This document shows positions 42,515 through 54,500 of a stretch of 64,000 nucleotides of DNA, piece after piece (position 1 is the first letter of the stretch; each line of letters starts with the position of its first letter). Origin of the DNA: the human T2T-CHM13v2.0 reference genome, Homo sapiens. Location: assembly GCF_009914755.1 (NCBI RefSeq), contig NC_060947.1. One strand, given 5' to 3'. The notes beneath the pieces are model-generated. The model saw only the letters and a program-made list of their open reading frames with translations, was not told where the DNA came from and did not search any database. A program made the position numbers and the translations under genes.

Positions 42515-45500
42515 GTCCATTCTTTGAATGGACTTTTGGGAGCTCATTGAGGCCAACAGTGAAAAAGCGAATATCCCAGGATAAAAACTAGAAGGAAGCT
42601 ATCCGAGGAACTGTTTTCTTATATGTGCATTCGTCTCGCAGAGTTAAACCTTTCTTTTCATTCAGCAATTTGGAAATGCTGCTTTTCTACAATCTACAAA
42701 GGGATATTTGGGAGCGCATTGAGGCCTATGGTAAAAAAGGAAATCTCTTCAGATAAAAACTAGAAAGAAGCTTAATGAGAAACTGCTTTGTGATGTGTAC
42801 ATTCATCTCACAGAGTTAAACCTTTCTTTAGATTCAGCAGTTTGGAAACACTGTTGATGTCCACGCTGCGAATGGACATTTGGGAGCTCGTTGAGGCCAA
42901 AGAAGAAAAAGCGAATATCGTAGGATTTAAACTAGAAGGAAGCTATCTGAGAAACCACTTCATGATGTGTGCATTCATCCCACAGAATTTAACCTTTCTT
43001 TTCATTTAACAGTGTGGAAACACTGTTTTTGTGGAATCAGTGAAGGGATATTTGGGAGCACATTGAAGACTAAGGTGAAAAAGTGAATATCCCAGGATAA
43101 AAACTATAAGGAAGATATCTAGGAGACCGTTTTGTGATGTGGGCCTTCATTTTGTGGAGCTAAACCTTTCTTTTCTTTCAGCAGCTTGGGAACACTGTTT
43201 TTTGTACAATCTGTGAAGGGGTATTTGGGTGCACTTAGAGGCCTATCGTGAAAATGGAAATATCTTCCCATAAAAATTAGAAAGAAGTTTTCTGAGAAAG
43301 TGCTTTGTGAGGTGTATATTCTCCTCACATAGTTACAACTTTCCTTGGATTTAGCAGTTTGGAATCACTCTTTTTGTAGAATCTGTGAAGGGATAATTGG
43401 GAGAACATTTAGGCCTATGGCAAAAAAGTGAATATCCTGGGATAAAAACTAGAAGGAAGATATTTGAGAAACTGCTGTGTGATTTGTGCATTCATCTAGC
43501 TAAGTTAAACCCTTCTTTTCGTTCAAAACTTTGGAAACACGGTTTTTGTAGAATCTGTGAAGTGATATTTGGGAGCACATTGAGGCCTACAGTGAAAAAG
43601 GATTATCATCATATAAAAATTTTAAAGAAGCTTTCTGAGAAACTTCTTTGTGATTTGTATATTCATCTCACAGAGTTAAACGTTCTTTGCATTCAGCAGT
43701 TTGGAAACAGTGTTTTGGTCCATTCTGCAAGTTAACAGTTGGGAGCTCAATGAAGCCAATGGTGAAAAAGTGAATATCCCAGGATACAAATTAGAAGGAT
43801 GTTATCTGAGAAACCAATTTGTGATGTGTGCATTCATCTCACAGAGTTAAACCTTTTTTTATTCAGCAGTTTGGAAACACTGTTTTATTAGAATCTGCGA
43901 AGAGATATTAGGTAGTGCTTTGAGGCCTATGATGAAAAAGGAAATATCTTGTGGTAAAAACTAGAGAGAAGCTTTCTGAGAAACTACTTTGTGATGTGTG
44001 CATTCATCTGACAGAGTTAAACATTCCTTTGAATTCAGGAGTTTGGAAACACTGTTTTTGTCCATTCTGCGAATGGGCATTTGGGAGCTCACTGAAACCA
44101 GTGTCGAAAAAGTGTTTATCCCAGGGTAATAACTAGAAGGAAGATACCTAAGAAACCACTTTGCAATCTGTGCATTCATCTCGCCAAGTTAAAATTAACT
44201 TTTCATTCAACAGTTTAGAAACACCATTTTTGCAGAATCTGAGAATGAACATTTGGGAGCTCATTGAGGCCAATGTCGCAAAAGGGAATATCCCAGAATA
44301 AAAAGTAGAAGGAAGCTATCTGAGAATCCACTTTATGATGTGTTCATTTATCTTGCAGAGTGAAACTTCCCTTTTCATTGAGCAGTTGGAAACACTGTTT
44401 TTGTACAATCTGTGAAAGCATATTTGGAAGCGCATTGAGGCATATGGTGAAAAAGCATGCGTCTTCAGATAAAAACTAGAAAGAAGCTTTATGAGAAACT
44501 GCTTTGTGAGGTTTGCATTCATCTCACAGAGTTAAACATTCCTTTCATTTCAGCAGTTTGGAAACACTGTTTTTGTCCACTCTGCAAAAGGACATTTGAC
44601 CACTCATTGAGGACAATGGCAAAAAAGCAATTATTCCAGGATAAAAATTAGAAGGAAGCTATCTGAGAAACTGCTTTCACATGTGTGCATTCAACTCACA
44701 CAGGTAAGCCTTTCTTTTCATTCAGCAGTTTGGAATCATTCTTTTCATAGAATCTGCGCAGGGATATTTTGTAGTGAATTGAAGCCTCTGGTGAAAAAGA
44801 AAGTATCTTGAGATATAAACTAAAAAGAGGCTTTCTGGGAATCTTCTTTGTGATGAGTGCATTGATCTCACAGATGTAAACCTTTCTTTTCAATCAGCAG
44901 TTTGGATAGACGGTTTTTGTAGAATCTGAAAATGGGCTTTTTGGAGCTCATTGAGGGCAATGGTGAAAAAGCAAATATCCCAGGACAAAAACTAGAAGGA
45001 AGCTATCTGAGAAACCACTTTATGATGTGTGCATTCACCTCAACTAGTTAAAATTTCTTTTCATTCAACAGTTTGGAAACACTGTTTTTGTATAATCTTT
45101 GAAGGGATATTTGGGAGTGCATTGAGGCCTATCATGAATAAGGATGTATCTTCAGATAAAAACTAGAAAGAAGCTTGCTCAGAAACTGTTTGTCATGTGG
45201 ACATTCATCTCACAGTGTTAAACCATTATTTGGTTTCAGCAGTTTGGAATAACTGTTTTTGTCCATTCTGCGAATGGACATATGGGAGCTCATTGAGGTC
45301 AATGGCAAAAAAGCAAATATCCCAGGATAAAAACTAGAAGGAAGTTATCCGAGAAACCGCTTTGTGATGTGTGCATTCATCTTGCAGTGTTAAACCTTTC
45401 TTTTCATTCAGCTCTTCGGAAACACTGTTTTTATAGAATCTGCAAAGGGATATTTGGGAGCGTATTGAGGCTAAAGGTGAAAAAGGAAGTATCTTCAGAC

Positions 45501-48500
45501 AAAAACCAAAAAGAAGCTTTCTGAGAAACTACTTTGTGCTGTGTACATTCATCTCAAAGAGGTAAGTTTTAGTCCTAATCCAGCAGTTTGGAAACAATGT
45601 TTTTGTAGAATCAGAAAATGGATATTTGGGAGCTCATTGAGGCCAATGGCAAAAAAGCAAATATCGCACTGTAAAAAGTAGAAGGATGCTTTCTGAGAAA
45701 CCACTTGGTCATGTGGGCATTCATAGTGCAGAGTTAATCCTCTGTTTTCATTCAGTAGTTTGGAAAAACTGTTTTTGTAGAATCTACTAAGGGTTATTTC
45801 AGAGCTCATTGAGGCCTATGTTGTAAAAGGAAATAACTTCATATAAAAATTAGAAAGAAGCTTTCTGAGAAACCTTTTGTGTTGTGCATTCATCTCACAG
45901 AGTTAAAACTTTCTTCTCATTCAGCAATTTGGAAACACTGTTTTTGTATGATCTGCAAAGGGATATTTGGGAGTGCACTGATACATATGTTGAAAAAGGA
46001 AATATCTTCAGATACAAAATAGAAAGTAGCTTTCTGAGAAACTACTTTGTGATGTCTGCATTTGTCTCAGTATTAAGCCTTTCTTTGGATTCAGCATTTT
46101 GGAAACACTGTTTCTGTCAATTCTGTGAATGGACATTTGGGAGCTCATTGAGGCCAATGGAGGAAAAGCGAATATCCCAGGATAAAAACTAGAAGGAAGT
46201 TATCTGAGAGACAGATTTGTGAGGTGGGCATTCATCTCACAGAGTTAAACCTTTCTTTTCATTTAGCTGTTTGGAAACAGTGTTTTGTAGAATCTGCAAG
46301 TGGATATTTGAGACTTCATTGAGGCCAATGGTGAAAAAGGAATTATTTTCAGATAAAAACTACACAGAAGCTTTACAAGAAACTGCTTTGTAATGTGTGC
46401 ATTCATCACACAGAGTTAAACATTTCTTTGCATACAGCAGTTTGGAAACACTGTTTTTGTCCATTCTGCAAATGGACGTTTGGAAACACTTTGAGGCCAA
46501 TTCTGGAAAATAAAATATCCCAGGATAAAAACAAGAAGGAAGTTATCTGAGAAACCGATTTGTGATCAGTGCATTCATCTCACAGAGTTAAACCTTTCTT
46601 TATTAAAGCAGTTTGGAAACTATTTCCTTATAATCTATGGAAGGATATTTGGGAGCACATTGAGGCCCTTGGTGAAAAAGGAAATAACTTCATATAAAAA
46701 CTAGAAAGAAGCTTTCTGAGAAACTGCTTTGTGATGTTTCAATTCATCTCACAGAGTTAAACTTTTCTTTGGTCAGCAGTTTGTAAACACTGTTTTTGTT
46801 CATTCGGCTAATGGACATTTGGGAGCTCATTGAAGCCGATGGTGAAAAAGCAAATATCCCAGGATAAAAACCAGAAGGAAGTTCTCAGAGAAACTGCTTT
46901 GTGACGTGTGCATTCATCTCACAAGAGTTAAACCTTGTTTTTCATTCAGCAGTTTGGAAACACTGTTTTTGTCCATTCTGTGAATGGACATTTGGGAGCT
47001 CTTTGAAGCCAATGGTGAAAAAGTTAATATCCCAGAATAAAAACCAAAAGGAAGTTATCTGAGAAGCCGATATGTGATGTATACATTCATTTCACAGATT
47101 TAAACCTTTCTTTTCATTCAGCAGTTTGGAAAAACTGTTTTCTTAGGATCTGCAAAGAGATATTTGGTGGCGGATTTAGTCCTATGGTGAAAAATGAAAC
47201 ATCTTCAGATAGAAACTAGAAAGAGCCTTTCTGATAAACTGCTTTGTGATGTGTGCATTCATGTCACAGAGATACAGCTTTCTCCGGATTCAGCAGTTTG
47301 GAAACACTGTTTTTGTCCTTGCTGCAAATGGACATTTGGGAACTCATTGAGGCAAATGGCAAAAAAGCGAATATCCCAGGATAAAAACTAGAAAGTCATT
47401 ATCTGAGAAACCGATTTGTAATGGGCTCATTCATCTCACAGAGTTAAACCTTTCTTTTCATTCAGCAGTTTTGAAACACTTTTCTTAGAATCTGCAAAGA
47501 GATATTTGGTAGTGCATTGAGGCCTAGGGTGAAAAAGGAAATATCTTCAGTTAAAAACTGAAAGAACCTTTCTGAGAAACTGCTTTGTGATGTGTGCATC
47601 CATCTCACAGAGTTAAACCTTTCTTTGGATACAGCAGTTTGGAAAAACAGTTTTTCTCCATTCTGAGAATGGACACTTCAGAGCTCACTGAGGGCAATGA
47701 TGACAAATTGAATATCCTAGGATAAAAACTAGTAGTAAGATATCTAAGAAACCGTGTTGTGATGTGTGCAATCATCTCACAGAGTTAAACCTGTCTTTTC
47801 AATAAGCAGTTTGGAAACACGGTTTTGAAGAATTGTTGAAGGTATATTTGGGAATGCACTAAGGACTAGGGTGAAAATTCAAGTATCTTCAGATAAAAAC
47901 TAGACAGACGCTTTATGAAAAACTGCTTGGGATGTGTGCATTCATGTCCCAGAGTTAAAGTTTTCTTTGAATTCAGCAGTTTGCAAACAATATTTTTGTC
48001 CATTCTGCAAATGGACATTTAGGAGCTAATTGAGGCAAATGATGAAAAAGTGAATATCCCAGGAAAAAAATACAAGGAAGTTGTCTGGAAACCCATCTGT
48101 GATAAGTGCATTCAACTCACAGAGGTAAAGTTTTCTTCTCATTCAGCAGTTTGGAAATGGTGAAAAAGGAAATATCTTCAGATAAAAACTAGAAAGAAGC
48201 TTTCTGGGAAAGAGCTTTGTGATGTGTGCATTCATCTAAAAGAGTTAAAACTTTCTTTGGATTCAGTAGTTCAGAAACACTGTTTTTGTCCATTCTCTGA
48301 ATGGACATTTGGGAGCTCATTTAGGCCAATGGCGAAGAAGCAAATATCCCAGGATAAAAACTAGAAGGAAGTCATCTGAGAAACAGATTTGTGATGTGTG
48401 CATTCATCTCACAGAGTTAAAGCTTACTTTTAATTCAGCAGTTTGGAAATACTGTTTTCGTACAATCTGTGAAGGGATATTTGGGAGCACATTCAGGCCT

Positions 48501-51500
48501 ATGGTGAAAAAAAATATGTCTTTACATAAAAACTAGAAAGAAGTGCCTTGTGATGTTTTCATTCATCTAAAAGAGTTAAACATTTCTTTGGATTCCACAG
48601 TTTGGAAACATTGTTTTGGTACATTCTGCGAATGGATATTTGGGAACTCGTTGAGGCCAATGGTGAAAAAGTGAATATCCCAAGATAAAAACTTAAAGAA
48701 AGATATCTAAGAAACCGTGTTGAAATGTGTGCATTCATCTCACAGAGTTAAACTTTTCTTTTCATTCAGCAGTTTGGAAATGCTGCTTTAGTAGAATCTG
48801 TCAGGGGATATTTCGGGGCACCTTCAGGCCTTTGCCGAAAAAGGAAATATCTTTAGATAAAAACTAGACAGAATTTTTCTGAGATACTGATTTGTGATGT
48901 GTGCATTTGACTCACATAATTAAACCTTTCTTTGGATTCAGCAGTTTGCAAACACTGATTTTGTCCATTCTGTGAAGGGACATTTGGGAACTCATTGTGG
49001 ACAATGGCAAAAATGTGAATAGCCCAGGATAAAAACTAGAAAGAAGTTGTCTGAGAAACCGATTTGTGATGTGTGCATTCATTTCAAAGAGTTAAACCTT
49101 TCTTTTAACTCAGCATTTTGGAACAATGTTTTGTCAGGATCTGTGGAGAGATATTTGTAGCACATTGAGGCCTATGGCAAAAAAGAAAATATCTTCAAAT
49201 AAAATCTAGAAAGAAGCTTCCTAAGAAAATCCTTCGTGATGTGTGCATTCACCACACAGAACTAAACATTTCTCTCAATTCAGTAGTTTGGAAACACTGT
49301 TTTTGTCTATACTGAAAATGGACATTTAGGAGCTCATTGAGGCCAATGGCGAAAAAGACAATATCCCAGGATAAAAACTAGAAAGAAATGACCTGAGAAA
49401 CCGATTTGTATGTATGAATTCATCTCACAGAATTAAACATTTCTTTTCATTCAGCAGTTTGGAAAACCCGTTTTCTTAGAATCTGCAAATGGATATTTGG
49501 GAGCACATTGAGGCCTATGGTGAAAAAGGAAATATCTTCAGATAAAAACAAAAAAGAAGCTTTCTGAGAAGCAGCCTTTTGATGAGTGCATTCAACTCAG
49601 AGTTAAACTTTTCTATTCAGCAGTTTGGAAACAGTTTTTGTCCATTCTGCAAATGGACATTTGGGAGCTCATTGAGGGCAATGGCAAAAAAGTGAATATC
49701 CCATGATAAAAACTAGAAAGAAGATACCTGAGAAATTGCTTTGTGATGTGTGCATTCATCTCACAGAGTTAAATATTACCTTTCATTCAGCAGTTTGGAA
49801 ACACTGTTTTTGTAGAATCTCTTAGGGGATATTTGCGAGTACTTTGAGGCCTATGGTGAAAAAGGAAATATCTTCAGACTAAAACTAGAAAGAAGCTTTC
49901 TGAGAAACTACTTGGTGATGTGTGCATTCCTCTCACATGGTTAAACCTTTCTTTGGATGCAGCAGTTTGGAAACACTGTTTTTGTCCATTCTGTGAATGG
50001 ACATTTGGGAGATCATTGAGGCTAATGGGAAAAAGGCAAATAACCAAGGATAAAAACTAGAAGGAAGTTATCTGAGAAACCGCTTTCTGATGTGCATGTT
50101 CATCCTGGAGAGGTAAGCATTTTTTTCAAGTCAGCAGTTTGGAAACACTATTTTCCTAGAATCTGTGAAGTGATATTTTTTAGCACATTGAGGTCTATGG
50201 TGAAAAAGGAAATATATTAATATAAAAATTAGGAAGCAGCTTTCTGAGAAACTGCTTTGTGATGTGTGCGTTCAACTCACAGAGTTAAAGCTTTCTTTTA
50301 ATTCAGCAGTGTGGAAACACTGTTTACTTAGAATCTGCAAAGAGATATCTTGTACCGCATTGAGGCCTATGGAGAAAAAGGAAATATCTTCATATAAAAA
50401 CTAGAAAGAACCTTTCTGAGAAACTGCTTTGAGATGTGTGCATTCATCTCACATAGTTACACCATTCTCTGGATTCAGCAGTTTGGAAACACTGTTTTTG
50501 TCCATGCTGTAAATGGACATTTTGGAGCTCATTGAGGCCAAAGGCAAAAAAGCGAATATCCCATGTTAAAAACTACAAGGAAGCTATTTGAGAAACCACT
50601 TTGTGATGTGTGCATTCATCTCACAGAGTTATACCTTCTCTGGATTCAGCAGTTTGGAAACACTGTTTTTGTCAATGCTCTAAATGGACATTTGCAAACT
50701 CATTGAGGCTAAAGTTGAAAAAGTGAATATCCCAGGATAAAAACTAGAAGGAAGATATCTGAGAAACTGCTTTGTGATGTGTGCATTCATCTCACAGAGG
50801 TAAATATTTCTTTTCATTCAGCAGTTTGGAAAAACTGTTTTTGTAGAATCTGGGAGGGGATATTTGGGAGCACAGTGAGGCCTTTGGTGAAAAAGAAAAT
50901 ATCTTCAGATAAAAACAAGAAAGAAACTTTCCGAGAAAGTGCTTTGTGATGTTTTCATTTCTTACAATCTGTAAAGGGATATTTGGTAGTACATTGAGTC
51001 CTATGGTGAAAAAGGAAGTATCTTCAGGTAAGCACTAGAAAGAACCTTCCTGAGAAACTGCTTTGTTATGTGTGCATAACTACTTTGTTGTGGGTTAAAC
51101 CTTTATTTGAATTCAGCAGTTTGCAAACACTGTTTTTGTCCATTCTGTGAGTGGACATTTGGGAGCTCATTGAGGCCAATGCTGAAAAAGTAAATATCCC
51201 AGGAAAAAACTAGAAGGAAGTTTTCTGAGAAACTGATTTGCGATGTGTGCATTCAAAACACGGAGATAAACTTTTCCTTCCATTCAGCAGTTTGGAAACT
51301 GTTTCCTCAGAATCTGCAAGGGGATAGCTGGGAGCACATTGAAGTCTATGGTGAAAAAGGAAATATCTTCAGATAAAAACTAGAAAGAAGTTTTCTGAGA
51401 AACTGCTTTATGGTGATTGCATTCATCTCACAGAGTTAAACTTTTCTTTGGATACAGCAGTTTGGAATCGCTGTTTTGTTCATTCTGTGAATGGACAATT

Positions 51501-54500
51501 GAGAGCTCATTGAGGCCAATGGTGAAAAAATCAATATCCCAGGATAAAAACAGAAGCAATTTATCTGAGAAACTGATGTGTGATTTATGGATTTATCTCA
51601 CAGAGTTAATCCTTTCTTTTCATTCAGTAATTTGGAAACACTCTTTTTGTAGAATATGTGAAGGGCTATTTTTAAGCGCATTGAGGCCTATGGTTAAAAA
51701 GGAAATATCTTCAAAAAAAAAACCTAGAAAGAAGCTTTCTGAGAGACTGCTTTGTGATGTGTCCATTCACCTCATAGAATTAAAGCTTTATTTTAATTTA
51801 GAAGTTTGTATACACTGCTTTCTTAGAATCTGCAAAGAGATATTTTGTAGTGCATTGAGGCCTATGGTGAAAAAGAATATATCTTCAGATAAAAACTAGA
51901 AACAAGTTTTCTGAGAAACTGATTTGTGATGTGTGCACTCAACTCACAGAATTTAAACTTTCTTTGGATTCAGCAGTTTGGAAAAACTGTTTTTGTCCAT
52001 TCTGTGGATGGACATTTTGAAAGTCATTGAGGCCAAAGAAGAAAAAGTGAATATTGCAGGATAAAAACTAGAAGGAAGTTATCTGAGAAACAGATTTTTA
52101 ATTTGTGCATTCATCTCACAGACTTAAAGCTTACTTTTAATTCAGCAGTTTGGAAACACTGTTTTCTTAGAAAATGCAAAGAGATATTTTGTAGTGCATT
52201 GAGGCCTACGGTGAAAAAGGAAACATCTTCAAATAAAAACTAGAAAGAAGCTTTTTTGAGAAACTGCTTTGTGATGTGTGCCTTCATCTCATGGAGTTAA
52301 ACCTTTCTTTTCACTCAGCAGTTTGGAAACACAGTTTTCTTAGAATCTGCCAAGAGATATTTGGTAGCTCAATGAGGCCTAGGGTGAAAAAGGAAATAAC
52401 TTCAGATACAAACTAGAAAGAATGTTTCTGCGAAAATGCTTTGTGATGTGTGCATTCATCTCACAGAGTTAAACATTTCTTTGGATTCAGCAGCCTGGAA
52501 ACACTGTTTTTGTCCATTCAGTGAATACACATTTGGGAGCTCATTGAGGACAATGGTGACAAATTGAATATCCCAGGATAAAATCTAGAAGGAATATATC
52601 TAAGAAACTACGTTGTGATGTGTGCAATAATCTTGCAGAGTTAAATCTTCCTTTTCATACAGCTGTTTGTAAATAGTGTTTAGTAGAATCTGCAAAGGGA
52701 TATTTTGGACTGCATTCAGGCCTACAGTGAAAATGTAATTATCTTCAGATAAAAATGAGACAGAAACTTTATGAAAAACTGCTTTGTGATGGGTGCATTC
52801 ATCTACCAGAGATAAAACTTACTTTGAATTCAGCAGTTTGCAAACACTGTTTTTGTCCCTTCTGCAACTGCACTTTTAAGAGCTCATTGAGGCCAGTGGC
52901 AAAAAGAGCAAACATCACAGTGTAAAAACGAGAAGGAATTTATCTGAGAAACCTATCTGTGATGTATGTATCCATCCCACAGAGGTAAACCTTTCTTTTC
53001 ATTCAGGAGTTTGGAAAAACTGTTTTCTTAGATTCTGCAAAGGGATATTTGGGAGCATATTGAGGCCTATGGTGAAAAAAGGAAATAACCTCACATAAAA
53101 ACCAAAAAGAAACTTTCTGAGAAACTGCTTTGGAATGTGCCATTCATCTCACAGGATTAAATTTTCATTGGAATCAGCAGTTTGGAAACACTGTTTTTGT
53201 CAATTTTGTGAATGGACATTTGGGAGATCATTGAGGTCAATGAAGAAAAAGTGAATATCCCAGGATAAAAACTAGAAGGAAGTTATCTGAGAGACAGGTT
53301 TGTGATGTGTGCAATCATCTCACAGTGTTAAACGTTTCTTTTCTTTCAGCTTTCAGCAGTTTGGGAACACTGTTTTTGTCCATTCTGTCAATGGACATTT
53401 GGGAGTTCTTTGAGGCCAATGGCAACAAAGTGAATATCCCAGGATAAAAACTAGAAAGAAGATATCTAAGAAACTGCATTGTGATGTGTACATGCATCTC
53501 ACAGAGTTAAACTTTTCTTTTCATTCAGCAATTTGGAAACAATGTTTTTGTATAGTCTGCAAAAGGATATTTTGCATCACATTGAGACCTATGGTGAAAA
53601 AGGAAATATTTTCAGAAAAAAACTGCAAAGAAGCTTTCTGAGAAACTGCTTTTTGATGTTTGCATTCATCTCACAGAGTTAAACCTTTCTTTGGATTCAG
53701 CAGTTTGGAAACACTGTTTTGGTTCATTCTGCAAATGGACATTTTGTAGCTCATTGAGGCCAACGGCAAAAAAGCGAACATCCCAACATAAAAACTAGAA
53801 GGAATTTATTTGAGAAACCAATTTCTGATATGTGCATTGATCTCACACTGTTAAACCTTTCTTTTCTTTCTACAGTTTGGAAACAGTGTTTTGTCCATTC
53901 TGCAAATGGACAATTGGCAGCTCTTTGAGGCCAAGGGCAACAAAGTGAATATCCAAGGAAAAAAACTAAAAGGAAGATATCTAAGAAATCACATTGTGAT
54001 TTGTGCATTCACCATGCAGAGTTAAACCTTTCTTTTCATTCAGACTGTTTGGAAACACTGTTTTTGTATAGTCTGCGAAGGGATATTTGGCATCGCATTG
54101 AGGCCTATGGTGAAAAAGGAAATATCTTCAGATAAAAACTAGAAAGCAGCTTTCTGAGAAACTGCTTTGTGATGTTTGCATTCATCTCACAGGGTTAAAC
54201 CTTACTTTGGATTCCTCAGTTTGGAAACACTGTTTTGGTTCATTCTGTGAATGGAGATTTCAGAGCTCACTGAAGGCAATGGCAAAAAAGTAAATATCCC
54301 AGGATAAAAACTAGCAGGAATTTATCTGAGAAAGTGATTTCTTCTATGTGCATTCATCTCACAGAGTTAAAACTTTCTTTTCATTCAGCAGTTTGGAAAC
54401 ACTGTTTTCTTAGAATCTGCAAAGTGATATTTGGTAGTGCACTGAGGTCTATGGTGAAAAAGGAAATATCTTCAGATAAAAACTACAAAGATGCTTTCCA

